Below are positions 25,257-39,039 of a stretch of DNA of 64,000 bases, piece after piece. The translations under genes were made by a program, and so were the position numbers. Positions within the stretch are counted from its first letter, which is position 1; each line of letters begins with the position of its first letter. The stretch comes from Rhynchobatus australiae (taxonomy: Eukaryota): positions 18,580,956 through 18,644,955 of the forward strand of contig JAUZTB010000074.1 of assembly GCA_034780895.1 (NCBI GenBank), given 5' to 3'. Below the pieces are notes generated by a model. It was not told the origin of the DNA. It was given only the letters and a program-made list of their open reading frames with translations, and ran no database searches.

Positions 25257-26300
25257 CTCAACCTTTGGTGTGATGGCTGAGAGATTGGAAAATGCTTCAT
25301 CAACATATTGATTGTCTTATGCTCAATATTCTCTGCATGTCTTTTGTCCTTGAGATAGACTTGGTTAAGCATAATGGATCCATGCATGCTAAGGTACTGA
25401 ATCTTAGCATTGTGTGCCTACAGCCTCAAAAAACATTCCCTGCACTCTCTTTAGTGCTCTACAAAAATTATCTCAGATAGATTATGATCTCTGTGCACAT
25501 GTACAATTCTTTCTTATATGTGATGGGGAGACTTTTGCAATCAAAGCTCACTGTAAGTAGCTTCTTCTAAATTTACTTCCTGTAGTGTTATTGTTCTGAG
25601 ACCCTTGGATTGTGACAGGTCCTTATCATCAAAGTATCATAACACATGATCTGCTGTGATTATCTCCTAATTTTTTTGACTACTTGCTGGTGAGAGTCCA
25701 ACCAACACCATTATGCAACCTTTATCATCAGCTGTCTGAGTAACTCACACATCCCACTCAGACAAAGCAGAAACTTACTCATATAGCTGATTAACACCAC
25801 AAAGCATTACATTCCTCAATACCTGTTGGGTTGGGTATCTGCTTCACTCTCTTGACTTTTGCTGGATCTGGCCATAGACCATTTCTGGTGTTAAAACCAC
25901 ACATGATAAAGATGCCCTTCAATCTGAACTTTTTCTCATTCAGCTTCAGCTGCTTCTCCCTACAAGTGCTCATCAGGGCTCTTAGCTTTCTGCCTTGTTC
26001 AAGGTTTCTGCTTCTCCAAAGATCAATGTATCTTCTGCTGTGGTCTTTTCCCATCTGAGTCCTCCAAATCCAGTAATTCTCAGCTGAAATTCCTCTGGTG
26101 TAGTGTGGATTCCAAATGGCATTTTTCTCCCATGGTATTTACCAAGTGGTACATTGAAACAGGCTAAATGTGAGCTCTCCTCATCAAATTCCGCATGTGA
26201 GAACCCATTCTCTCTATCCTGTGCACTGAAAATGTTTTGTTCTATTCAGGTCTGAAAAAGCATTAGTTCAATTCTCATTGAAGGGCCTCTTAAAAATGCA
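25257..26300 (-). mobile_element. Gypsy reverse-transcriptase fossil
   Basis: Minus translation IFSAQDRENGFSHAEFDEESSHLACFNVPLGKYHGRKMPFGIHTTPEEFQ, then TAEDTLIFG (decayed xADD), then RKLRALMSTCREKQLKLNEKKFRL..GLWPDPAKVK, in Gypsy RT order. Confidence 0.85.
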
Positions 26301-28039
26301 ACCTGATTTTCAAACACCTCATGAAACTAAGTAATTCCTCTTGTGTTTAATTGGAATTATTTTTAAAAGATTACCCCAACTTTAAGCTGCTCTGGACCTC
26401 CTTCTGTTTTGAATAGATTTTTATAGCATAAGTCACATAAAAAATTGAATGGTTTCACTGATTACAGATTCATAGAAATGCTGTTCCTGATGTGTGTGAA
26501 TGCTGGTTAAACTAATTGAAACTTTAAATGTTCATACTTAAAAAAAAGAGCTCAGTGGTTTTCTTTAGCACTGTTTGTTTACTCTNNNNNNNNNNNNNNN
26601 NNNNNNNNNNNNNNNNNNNNNNNNNNNNNNNNNNNNNNNNNNNNNNNNNNNNNNNNNNNNNNNNNNNNNNNNNNNNNNNNNNNNNTTTACTCTAGCTTAA
26701 GCTAAGTTTAAGTATGTCTGCATTCTAAAAAGACTTGAAGGATATTTTGGCGTAATTTCCAAAATAATAGTAATATTTCAGGTTTAGGTTCCAGGATGGC
26801 TTTAAGAGAAGTTCCATGCTCATGCTTAAACATACATCAGCCATATTATACTGGAGCAAATCAGGCAACAACAGAACTATTGCTGCCACATCATTTTGGA
26901 AACATCAATGGAGAACTCTATTAACCTTGGTCACCACAAGATTAACATGGTGGAACTATTTTTAATGAGAAGTACTAGTAGATCTTTGCATTGTTACTAG
27001 ATTATGAAGATTATTATTACTTCATTCTCCAAAAGGGTTTAAGTGGCATATCCACAAACATTTTGATCTGGGAATTTTTCAAACCNNNNNNNNNNAGGCC
27101 TTCACAGAGTTTTCATTATTGATGAGTGAAGGCACCGTTAACATTTGCAAAAATATTGAATTCTGCTCTTATAAATATTGCAGCATCACATCAAATCTGT
27201 ATACATTTAGCAAAAGAATAAGTACATAGTAATATGCAAGTAGCAGTACACTTAGGTTGTAAGAATGACATTGATAGAGTCTATTATCAGAAAAGGTAAA
27301 GTATATTGTCAGGTACAGAAGGGTGTGGCTGGAAGAATGTAATAAGTTTCAATTTGACTTCTGTGATAAGATGAAAAACTTGTGTTAGGCCACCAGTCGA
27401 CAATTGTTTACTTCCCCACTTCCAACTGCTGGAGTAGTGTTAGCTTCTCAAGACCTGGTTTTGAGAGGCAAAATTCAATGCTATGTTGCAGACGTACCTC
27501 CTCACTGAGTGAGTGGCTGAGTAGTAGGCAAATCAGAAAGTGCAAATCAGAAAGAACTCTTTCCAAAGAGAACTATATAGATGCTTTGTTATGATTTATA
27601 GTTAACATAACATGCTTTCGGCGATAGGTTGACTTTCATTCAGTGGTTACCAAATCTTTCTAAAAGTGGGGTTTCTTACCCTCACGTCTGGGTCTGGTGT
27701 TTTCCAACTGATAAAGATCAACTGATAATTAGCCAACTATTACAATTTTGCTGCTTCGGGCATGACTAGAATAATGGAAAGTGAACCTAATGGGCTGCAT
27801 TGTTGACTTATCCATCAATTTCAATAACATCACAGCAGATAATTCAATAATTAAATTTCCTCTTACAAGTAGCAATGCAAAACTACTGTGCAGGTAAGTA
27901 CTGCTCAAAGTGAAACTCTCGAGCTTCTCTGCTCCTGATCTGGACATATTATACAGAGAGAAACAGCAACAAACTACAGCCTTAGTAATCCTTATGCTCC
28001 TAGAGAGCTGGTAAATGTCAACCCTCACACCAAGTGGGA

Positions 28040-28190
28040 GAAGAGAAGGCCATTTAGCCCTTTATGCCTGTGTCAGCTCTTTCAAAGGACTATCCAAAGA
28101 TTCCCAAAGCCAATAAACTTTTCCTTTTCCTGTGTGTATCCAATTCCTTTTTGAATCCATTCTGATCTGCTTTGCACCATATTTTCAGAC
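28040..28190 (-). mobile_element. CR1 3' fragment
   Basis: gaaggccatttagccc...tatccaattcctttttgaa is the reverse complement of the family at 55184-55392. Confidence 0.6.
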
Positions 28191-29627
28191 TAAGGACTCC
28201 AAATTATTACATCCGTAACATTGCTTCAAACTTAATTCTTTTATTGATCTGCCTTTGTTGGAGAAATTACTGTTTGTAATTGCCAAACCACAAAACTGAA
28301 TTTTATAATTAACGACAGCTTGCTACTGCTGTACAGTATACACAAATGGATAGATCATTGTCCAAGTCTGTGTAGGATTTTTTTTCTGCAGTAGACTAGT
28401 GATTGCTTGCTCCTCAAATTAGATGAGTAGTCATACTGTGAATGGCTGAATTATTAGCAAAGGGAGCAGAATCGAAGTGACAGTGAAGAGAATTGTAAGT
28501 GTTGAAGCTGATCATCCATCTATTATAATAGCACGATGCTTTAGTTCTTATGATTATTCTTAACAGTCAATGTTTCAAATCTGTTAAGGGAAAATACAAT
28601 NNNNNNNNNNNNNTGCTGGCAGCTCAGTGATATTGAACCACATCAGTTCATTAGCAAACACCAAAGCTCTCCACTGACTTATACTATTGCTATTACTATA
28701 TACTATTGAAACGGAACCTTGCAAAAAAAAAGTACTTTCTGATAATAAGCTACACATTCAGTTTGCAGCAATCTATGATAACTATACTGAGGCACAAAAG
28801 CCTAGAACATAGACAACATAGCACCCACTTTTTGAATAAAAATAGTGTTAAATTCAATTTTGCCTGAAGTAGATGCTTCTGGCTGAAGTCATACCAATCA
28901 GAAAATTCGATTGAACATCTCTGTCCATGGTCCATGTGAATGTGCTTGACTTTTCCCAGGGTCAGACATGCACTGGTTGATGTCATTATTTGTAATGCCT
29001 GTTTTGAAGCTCGAAGCTCCACATTAGAATTGTAACAAGGCAGTCATTACCACGAGATGCATTACACTAGTATGTTGTATTTCTTGCTATTTAAAGGGAT
29101 GTCTTGGCAATATCAGCAGACAAAGGGCTGATTGGACTTTTTCTAATGTGCAGCAACTAATGGGGAGAGTTTTCTTCAGCAAATATCTGTCAAGATGCTT
29201 GTTCAATGGATGCTTCATGGTGTACACTGCTGGAAGAGTCATTATTGGAGGTGGCAATGTGGCCTTGGCTGGAGTGAGATAGGGTCCCTTGGAGAGGAGG
29301 GACAAATATGTGTATCAGTGAATAGACTATTCTCACATTGCGTCCTGGTCTCTCTGATAAGTAAAATATCCACAGGCTCAGGTTTTCCAAATATGTCATC
29401 ACTGAGATACCCAACATTCTGGGGAAAACCTTCAATCACACTCTCACTTCAAAACTTCTCATCACTAATAAGGTGGGGGAACCCAGATGATGCATTGAAA
29501 TCCCTCACATTCTGCTTTGCAGATCCACCAACACTGACTACAGCACATGAATGAATGAATCTCTGCAACAATTTGTGATATAGCTTGCTACAACATCTCT
29601 GAATGTCCTTATGAGTGGCACCTCACA

Positions 29628-29790
29628 CAAAGTCAAAGTTGAGGTACATGTATGCACAGGTGAAATGAAAAACTTACTTGTAGCAGCATCGTAGGCATTT
29701 AGCATCATGTAAGTAGCATCCGTAAGAAAAATATAAACTATACACAATTTGTACAAGAAAGGACACAATTAGAACAAAAATAAACAAAGT
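29628..29790 (-). mobile_element. Rex1/Babar LINE 3' UTR fragment
   Basis: Close match to 47937-48130 (aagtcaaagttgag..gtacatgtatgca.aggtg.aatga..aacttac.tg.agcagcatc) with a 19-nt deletion. Confidence 0.75.
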
Positions 29791-29890
29791 ACAAGGATTT
29801 CCACTCTTCTAGTGCAAAAATTATTGTGTTAACCACTCCAAAATATAATGTTTGGACATGACATTTCCTTCATGTTTCTCTGTTTTCCAG

Positions 29891-29935
29891 GAGAAGGAAA
29901 CTAATGTCGTGAGATCCTGCCAGGCTCTTCTAATG
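29891..29935 (+). CDS. Isolated 45-nt internal exon of an unidentified host gene (EKETNVVRSCQALLM, phase 0-0)
   Basis: Acceptor ttccttcatgtttctctgttttccag|G and donor ATG|gtaagt. The length is divisible by 3 and only frame 0 is open. GCATG occurs downstream at 29968 and 29987, and TGCATG at 30011. Confidence 0.6.
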
Positions 29936-30649
29936 GTAAGTTTGATAGGTTGCCTAGTGTCCCCAGAGCATGGAACCTTCTTCCCGGCATGTATTTAATT
30001 GGCTAGGACTTGCATGTCTCTTTGAATAAATACGGGAGCTGTCTTCTTCTCCCCTGCAGCCTCTGTGTGTATTGCTGCTATCGGGCTGCCATGGGAAGTG
30101 TACTGTACAGCAGAGTGTTGGGAGATAAGCAAAACNNNNNNNNNNNNNNNNNNNNNNNNNNNNNNNNNNNNNNNNNNNNNNNNNNNNNNNNNNNNNNNNN
30201 NNNNNNNNNNNNNNNNNNNNNNNNNNNNNNNNNNNNNNNNNNNNNNNNNNNNNNNNNNNNNNNNNNNNNNNNNNNNNNNNNNNNNNNNNNNNNNNNNNNN
30301 NNNNNNNNNNNNNNNNNNNNNNNNNNNNNNNNNNNNNNNNNNNNNNNNNNNNNNNNNNNNNNNNNNNNNNNNNNNNNNNNNNNNNNNNNNNNNNNNNNNN
30401 NNNNNNNNNNNNNNNNNNNNNNNNNNNNNNNNNNNNNNNNNNNNNNNNNNNNNNNNNNNNNNNNNNNNNNNNNNNNNNGACAGCATCATAGTAACAATTA
30501 TTGTTCGCAACCATTATTACACATTCCTTTCTTTACTGCTTCCCTTACTTTTGCAAAAAAAGAAAACATTAATGCTTTTAACCAAGCAATAGGTCTTCAT
30601 AGTCTTTATAATCTATGCAGTGGTGCTGTTGTTACTTGTTCAGAACTTA

Positions 30650-33400
30650 CAAATTGAACAGATGTAGGAGTATTTTCCATCTTAGCCTATTGTCTCTCAG
30701 AAGGTATTGCCTGTTGTTTCTTCTTGAACAATTGTGGAATCCACTCCAGCAACATTTTTGATCTGGCAGCTTTCCCTGCTGTTCTTCCAACAACTGTGAA
30801 CCGGAAGCAAATGGTCTAAAGTGGACTTTTTCATATTTCACACTGAATATTATGAGATAAATCTTGGCACCACTGATATTCCGAGATATCTCAGTGCACA
30901 ACCTGAACCTCTTGCTCCTTGAAGTTTTTGTTTTGATTCTTACCCTGTGAATTGTCTTCACCTGCCTTTACTTCCAAATTAGAATGAACAAGACTCAACC
31001 ATGTCTTTAGTCTCCTGAGCATTTCATCTGGAGCGCATTTTGTTGAGGAATTTATCTTGTTCAATATCTTTGAAAAAATTGAGTCATTTTGCATAGCTCT
31101 AGCTATTTCCAGGGATAGGAAACCTGCCTTCTGCCATCTATAAAGTATCATTTCACTACCCATGTTCCTTCCTAAGGTATTTTTAACAAGGTGTAAGCAA
31201 CAGGTTTTTCAATGTAACTCTCCATTCTGTGACTTATCACTGCCCTAACTCCACATTCAGTTACATCACAAGAATGTTTTAGTATCCATTTGGTGTCGTA
31301 CTGCTGAGGCCTTCTTGCTCAGATCATATATCTTTTGCCGATCTATTTCCCACTGCCATGCTGTACCTTTCTCTAATATTTGCTGAATTAGTTAGCTCTG
31401 TGCAAAGTCAAGTAGAAATCTAACACTATATTGGATAACACCTCGCAAAGACCAGAGTTCAGTGACTCTGACGGTTGTTTCACTTTTCTCTTTGGTAGGC
31501 TGCAGTTCATTTTCATCCATTTGCAGACCTCATTATTAATCTTCCTTCTGCTTGAAGGCATTTTTATTTCCTTTAAGCCTAGAATTATTTTAGTGAAGTC
31601 TATTGAACACATCCTTGGTATTTGAAAGTTTTCTTCCTTTATGCAGTTAGATACAATCTTATCCANNNNNNNNNNTGCCTAGATTACTTTTGATGATGAT
31701 TGTACCCAATACAGTACCTTAATTTCCTAATGTAATCCCTTGTGGATGTTAACTGTCAAGTTATATTGGTTTTCTTCACCTACACTAAGCTGGGCAAGGA
31801 AGTTTGTCAATTCTAATTTGGTAAACAATTTCACCTCTGCCAATTTGACATATAACTTTTGAGGCACAACAGTATTGTCTTTCCTTCATTGATCTATAAT
31901 GGTTACNNNNNNNNNNNNNNNNNNNNNNNNNNNNNNNNNNNNNNNNNNNNNNNNNNNNNNNNNNNNNNNNNNNNNNNNNNNNNNNNNNNNNNNNNNNNNN
32001 NNNNNNATGGTTACTTTGTATTTTCTGTGGTATTGGACTGTCTTATCTGCCGTGGATACTACAAGTTGGGTGTCATCCAATCACTGTGTATCATTTTTGC
32101 CAACATTCTGTGACTTTCCACTTTGTTTCACTCTTTTCTACTTGGGTGTTTATCTCAGGTTGAGAAAAGTTTACAATTGCATAGTTTAGCACTTGCTTTG
32201 AAACTCTTAAAGAGCTTGGATTCTTTATTTCCTCTGATAAATCTTTCAATATAAATTCATACCATTCCTAAAAGATTTTTTAAACATGGCCATGATGCAT
32301 GCATACCAATACATTTTCAGAAACCATCCTCAATTCTTTCACCAGCTCTCCCCAGCAGATTTAGTCTATTCAGGGAAACAGCCACGACATTCAGCAATCC
32401 CGCCTTTTGTCTACTGTGGAGGTCTGCACATTCTATTTGTCCTAATATTCACAGGTCTCACTAGAATATACACCCAATCTTAATGTGCCTCTTGCTGTGG
32501 CATCTTCCTGAACGTCTAGACATATGCATCCCTTCTGATGATGGAGCAGTCTGCAACTCTATTACTATTCATATGGCAGTCTTGATGATTAATTTTTAAT
32601 TTTGAGGTCACTGTTTGTTTATTGTTAGTCATGTATACACTATTTAAATAACACACCTCACATGACTCATCCCCTTCTATGAAATGCAAATCTCTTTTCT
32701 GTGGTCTTCCATTATAATTATTCCCCTTTCATTAATCCTTTGCTTGACTGACACTCCTTTGGCTTGCTATCATTTGTATAACCTTGCATAAAGAGACCAC
32801 GTGGTCTCACCTTCCAATATTGAAACATCTTGTTTCTGGAGTGATGCACTTCTGCTGATTAACTCTGATTACAACAGCAAGACAGCTTCCCACATTTGAA
32901 CCAGACACAAAGGCAGAGTTCCTGCTATTGGTCCTTTCATTGGCCTGCATGCTGCATGTGTATTAATGTCCCATATAAGCCAAAATTCCATTTTATGTAC
33001 CATTTTCATAATTTAGCAATTTTACATGGATGTTTGAGTTTTACTAAATTGTACTGGATATGCTGATCAGTAAGTGCACACAGAAACATCTCAATCCAAA
33101 ACTTTGCCAAAAATGGTTTGTCGCTACAGGTTTTCAGAATAATTGTATAATTGCTAATCATCATTTCAATCCTCTAATTACAGTTTACAAATTTATTACT
33201 TTGTATAATCTCTGACATTGTTGGTTTGAAATGATTCAATAACTTTTCCACTACTTCATTAAATGCCAACATTGTATAAGTATCTGGACCAGTTCCTATG
33301 AAAAGGTCCTCCTTCTTGCATTCATGCATGACTTCATTCCAAACACTTTTGCATGCACCTTCTACTTTATCCCGAAGGGTATTTCCATCCATTTGATATA
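30650..33400 (-). mobile_element. Second Gypsy LTR-retrotransposon fossil (gag-pol)
   Basis: Gag-like GPDTY..AFNEVVEKLLNHFKPTMSEIIQ (33174-33392) and RT-RNaseH connection AWQWE..CDVTECGVRAVISHRMESYIEKPVAY (~31190-31370). A weak integrase-like segment lies near 30650-30960; the domain order is correct. Confidence 0.7.
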
Positions 33401-33599
33401 CACTTGGAAGGTGTTTTGTTGTACCTATGGAAAATTTCCAGTGTAATCAGAGTGGGACTGGATTGCCACCATGTACTGCCTTATGCTTCAATGGTTACTG
33501 GATGTGCCTATTAATTATAACATAATTGTACAAATGATACCTATCTTCACGTGTTCAAAGACTGCATGTTAGACGTTGCAATTAGTTCTGAGTTCTCAC

Positions 33600-33900
33600 A
33601 CCTTTCTTCCTCTCAGGCAGTTCCTTGGGATTGGGTCTGACTCATTTTCACTCTTTTTTTGGCTTCTTAGATGGTTAATGAGGCCAATGTGAGAACTGCA
33701 GAATCACCCACAGATGGGGCAGGGGGTGCCTGATTGGATGGGTGTGTGACATTTCGTGAGGACATGTGTTTCTTCCTCTGCCTTGCTGCCCCTCTTTTAT
33801 TCAAAGGCCCTCCACAGACTGACCCTGAAGCTTCCAATGAATATTGATGAAGCCCAGAGAGCACTATTCTGCATTCTTTTAGTGCTCACATCCTGTGTAC
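33600..33900 (-). mobile_element. RTE LINE 3' fragment
   Basis: cttcctctcaggcagttccttgggattgggtctgactc is the reverse complement of the RTE 3' end seen at 6240-6266 and 62920-62958. Confidence 0.55.
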
Positions 33901-34604
33901 CTTTGCCTGATCTTGTTATCCCACCCAGCGTAGATCCACGGCTGCTGCGTGGCTTGCTGAACAATACTGACTCTCAGGAGAGGAGGTTGCTGAACAACCC
34001 CAAGCAACTTCAGGCAAGAAAGCCCAGCTTTAGACAATGTCTTCTCAGGAAGGGCAGCAACAGTTTAGACTGGCTGACAGGCAACAGCAAAGGAATTGGC
34101 AAAGTGGATATGGTGGGATCAACAAATGTTATTCTGCTGAGAGTTCAGGAACTTCATGGTCCTCAGAGCCGCTGTAGCTCCTCCAAGATGGCACCATAGC
34201 CATCCTAATGCCGTGTTGGAAGGCAGACTACTGAACCATTGTATTGTGACACGATATCAAGTTTATACTGAATGAAAGAAGATTGACTGTCTCCTACAGC
34301 ACCAACCAATGGAAACTGAGACATAGGCCTTAGAGTCTGTTCAATGGTTGAGTCCACCAGTGTGATGGAAATGAAGGACTCCAAATAAAGTTCTGTGTAG
34401 CAATCATGCCTGAATCCTTTATACTCCATGTCACTGCATGCAAGCTTTCTAGGAAGCCCCTAGTACTACATTTTGCATGCCTTTCAGACTCTTGTGAAGT
34501 CTCCTCAGTTAAGTACTGATCTGAGTTCTCTGCAATGGAATTTCTGTGCAGCTTTAACTTCTGTATAACTTCTGTGCAGCTTTAACCTCTTATACAATCT
34601 AATA

Positions 34605-35157
34605 CAACAATTGTACAAGTCATTGGTGAGGCCGCACTTGGAGTACAGTCTTGGTCAGCCCGTTACAGGAAAGACATGGTTAAACTGGAAAGAGTGCAGA
34701 AAAAATTACGAGGATGTTGCCAGGACTAGAGGGTCTGAGTTATAGGGAGAGGTTGGCCAGGTCAAGGTGTTATTCCTTGGAATGTAGGAAAATGAGGAGT
34801 GACTTTACAGAAATGTTTAAAATGATGAGAGGCATAGATAAGGTGGAATGTAACAGTTTCTCCCCAGGGTAGGGGAGTCCAAAACTAGGGTGTATAGACT
34901 GAGGGTGAGAGGGGAAAGATTTAAAAGGGACCTGAGGGGTAACTTTTTCATCCAGAGAGCGGTGAGTATATGGAACAAGCTGCCAGAGGAAGTGGTTGAG
35001 GCAGATACAATAGTATCATTTAAGAAGCACTTGGATAGGTAAATGGAGGGGTGTGGCATAGAACACAGGAAATTAGGACTAGCTGGATGGGGACCATGGT
35101 CAGCATGGACTTGTTGGTTGAAGGGCCTGTATCTGTACTGCTTTGCTCTATGACTCT
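34605..35157 (+). mobile_element. CR1 (HER1-like) LINE, 5'-truncated
   Basis: QLYKSLVRPHLEY, KLERVQKK, GLEGLSYRERL and FFIQRAVSIWNKLPEEVVEADTIVSFKKHLDR, followed by a 3' UTR ending ctctatgactct. Confidence 0.93.
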
Positions 35158-38100
35158 GGGAAGCTGCCACTTAGACTACCCCCTTCCCTCACTCTAGATA
35201 CAGGACAAGTTGGTGATGCGCAGATCTGCCACTGTACGCAGAGCATCAATATCTGATCTAACATCTAGGAGTGTCTACTCTCACTGAGCAAAACTGCCAG
35301 CATGTTGTTATAGTCTTGCTGTCCTTCATAACACCACACACACACTACAAGTCTACTGCCCAGGTGCCTTGAAGGGCACCAAATCAAAACCTAGCACGTA
35401 ACACTATGGGACGTTAGGTGTAATACAGGGCCAAGAAATGTATAAACATTATGTTGATATTGATTGTTAATCAGTTAGTGTTGGGGAAGCAGTGTATTGA
35501 GCAGTGCGTGAGGCTATGTGCTTCACTTCATGAGATGTGGTATTTGAAGAAATACTGGCTGTGCTAGATCAGACATTTCAAGTTACTGACCCTGACCACT
35601 TCGATGAAGTCTTCTTACTTTTTGTGACACTATCTCTGGTCTCTTTCAGTTTGATTCCTCCTGGGCTGTACCCTCCCGCCCTTCCACCGAATGGCCTGTT
35701 GGCTCCCTGTAGGCGGAGGATATCTCACCTCTTCTCTACCTTTTCCACAGAAACCCCCAAAGGAGTGTGCAAAATTTGTGGAACCCATTCTGTCCTGTGC
35801 TTTGTTTTGTCCTGAGATGCAATCACTTGCAAAATTATTTTACCGATCTGCAGCATCCAAAATGCACCTCCTCTGTAAGAGGCTTCAGGAGGTTCAAGTG
35901 AGCACAAACCAATGCCCGTCACTGACAAAATTGGGCCATTGTGGCATTAAGGCAGATAGTGGTTCCATTAGTGCTGGCTGGACAGTGATCTCATTAACAG
36001 AAATTTCCTGAGATAAACAGGCATGGATTAATAATACATCATCAGTTTCCAACACTATCCAACTTAACTCCCATGGTCTCTTTTTCTAAACACCACTATT
36101 GATATCAATAAGGAAAACTTCCTGGATGATATCATAATAGTTTTATTTTAGTCTGATCTAATTTAGTGTTTTTCAGATTTCACACCTGGTTCATGAAATT
36201 AAGTACATGGATAACTTACAGTTTTTTTGCCCATCTACCATAAAGCCACTTTTCTCAACTTTTGGACTAGATGGATGTTTTGAATATAATTTTCACTTTC
36301 TCTGAGCAACTTGACAATGATTGACTCAGGGCAAACTGAAGGATATCTACAAAGGAACAAATTTCCAAAATCTGAACTTCCAGAAATTTCAATCCAAAGA
36401 CAAAAACTGAGAATACCTGGCCAATTAATCAAAAGTGACGGAGAATATAACATAAGAAAGTCTTAAAATACTTTAACAAGAGTATGTGAAGGTACCAGCA
36501 AATGAATAAAACACTACATAAAAATAACAATAATATACACATTTCTTTATAACCAAGAATAGGTTGGCTGTGAAGGGGCTGCTTATGTGGTCACATTTCA
36601 TCTAGTATTACCTTGTTTGAGTTAACTGAAATTTAAACTTGNNNNNNNNNNNNNNNNNNNNNNNNNNNNNNNNNNNNNNNNNNNNNNNNNNNNNNNNNNN
36701 NNNNNNNNNNNNNNNNNNNNNNNNNNNNNNNNNNNNNNNNNNNNNNNNNNNNNNNNNNNNNNNNNNNNNNNNNNNNNNNNNNNNNNNNNNNNNNNNNNNN
36801 NNNNNNNNNNNNNNNNNNNNNNNNNNNNNNNNNNNNNNNNNNNNNNNNCAAAGATTGTGAATATATTCCAACAAGCTTATTAGGCACAGAACATCCATGT
36901 ATATTTCAACTTTTAGAGAGAACTCAAACAAAATGACTGTCTGATGGATGAGCGATTCTCTTACGTAGCCAGAAATCCATATACACAGAATCTGTCCACT
37001 TTTTTAATGAATATAGCTGTGTGGGTGTAAATAATTTTAAGTGGAAAGTACATTGCTTTAAGTGCACAATGTTATAATCACTATCATTCTTTTAAAAACA
37101 AAATTCTATAATTGAAAAGGCAGATATCAATTTTGATGAAGAATAGCATCAATGAGATGCTAAAAAGGAAATTAAGCACTTAACTTATCCCAAAAAAATA
37201 GCTAACAAAAAGTATCCCTAAATCTTGCCATAAAACAATTGGTAAATGCATGATTTTAAAAAAATATTCACCTTTCAGGATACAATCCGCACAATTTAGC
37301 CCCACATGGAATACACTTTATATTATGTTTCTTGACTCCACCATTTTTTCCCAACACAGCAGGAAGAATTTAAATAATATGTAATTAAAAGTATAAATCT
37401 TTAAAGGGCTTCTGGAATGTTGATATATCTCCAATTGCCTTTTTNNNNNNNNNNNNNNNNNNNNNNNNNNNNNNNNNNNNNNNNNNNNNNNNNNNNNNNN
37501 NNNNNNNNNNNNNNNNNNNNNNNNNNNNNNNNNNNNNNNNNNNNNNNNNNNNNNNNNNNNNNNNNNNNNNNNNNNNNNNNNNNNNNNNNNNNNNNNNNNN
37601 NNNNNNNNNNNNNNNNNNNNNNNNNNNNNNNNNNNNNNNNNNNNNNNNNNNNNNNNNNNNNNNNNNNNNNNNNNNNNNNNNNNNNNNNNNNNNNNNNNNN
37701 NNNNNNNNNNNNNNNNNNNNNNNNNNNNNNNNNNNNNNNNNNNNNNNNNNNNNNNNNNNNNNNNNNNNNNNNNNNNNNNNNNNNNNNNNNNNNNNNNNNN
37801 NNNNNNNNNNNNNNNNNNNNNNNNNNNNNNNNNNNNNNNNNNNNNNNNNNNNNNNNNNNNNNNNNNNNNNNNNNNNNNNNNNNNNNNNNNNNNNNNNNNN
37901 NNNNNNNNNNNNNNNNNNNNNNNNNNNNNNNNNNNNNNNNNNNNNNNNNNNNNNNNNNNNNNNNNNNNNNNNNNNNNGTGTGGTCTTTAAATACCAATGG
38001 TGACTTTTGCTTTTTATGGGGGAGTTTTGAACCATTGCTGAGCTACGTTGATTTGCAACTTTCTTCCTTTGTGTTATGATAGAGCCATATCTTCAGTTGA

Positions 38101-39039
38101 AAAAATAAAGGTAATATATCGCTTTGATAAAAAGTTTACCTGAACAGATCATTTCCTGAATTTGAAATGATGGAGCAGGACCTAGTCAAATAAATGCTGG
38201 TTACAAATAACAAGTCAAAGACTGGAACCTTTTGACATTTTGGTGGAAAATGAATCTATTGTGTATCCAAGAAATATATTTTTATTTGTCATTCAAAATA
38301 GATTAACATCACTGTGCAAGTTTTAAGATGTGTCATCCAAATATCAAAATCCCAATATTTAAGAATGTTTTTTAGTATTTCAGATCAAAATTTTTCATTC
38401 TTATTTGGTTATCAAAATCCCTTGTTGTAAAATGTCCAGGCTATATACAAACTGTGTAAGATTAGTTAACATTAATCATTATATCTTATGCAAAGAAACA
38501 GTAAAGCCACTGAAGTTCAAGCATTAAAACTAGGTTTATTGGATCAGAAATGTGCAACTAGTAATATGCTAATGCAGGTTGTAATATTGATATGTGTGGA
38601 TAACATTGATAATATGATCAATTTGACATATCGAGATTTATAGAATTGTAATTAGCTTGCAGTGTTTTCAGCAAACTTTAATTTCCTGCAATATAGTACA
38701 ATGCCCACAAAGATGGGTCATTGCAGTATTGTTGATTGAAACTTCAATCCCCTTTAATTTGGCAAATATTGCATTAAAAACAATGTTTCGAGTCATAATA
38801 AAATAATAACAGTGAAGTCTCCCACCCAGTCAGAAGGTTGAACTTAAAAAAAAACTACCTTCATTACTACAGCAATCAAGTAAAATTACCACTTGAAAAC
38901 ATCTCTGATCTCAGTACATGAGTTGATCTACTTATAGTAAAGAAGAATTAACACACTTTGTTAATCTTTTTTCTGGTCTGTAAACCATAGCTAGAAGCAG
39001 AATTCCTTCACTGTAACATGCTGCTCATCTTCCTCTTTA

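Noticed and set aside
27778-27898. Open frame WKVNLMGCIVDLSINF...AKLLC ending at a good donor cag|gtaagt
   Set aside because: There is an in-frame stop just upstream, no convincing acceptor and no recognisable protein similarity.
33756-34199. 147-aa + strand ORF
   Set aside because: It overlaps an antisense RTE fragment and decayed transposon-like sequence, starts at a non-ATG codon and has no recognisable domain.
34542-34590. 17-bp duplication ttctgtgcagctttaac next to the CR1 5' end
   Set aside because: Both copies are on the same side of the CR1, so it is not a target duplication; it is an ordinary local tandem duplication.
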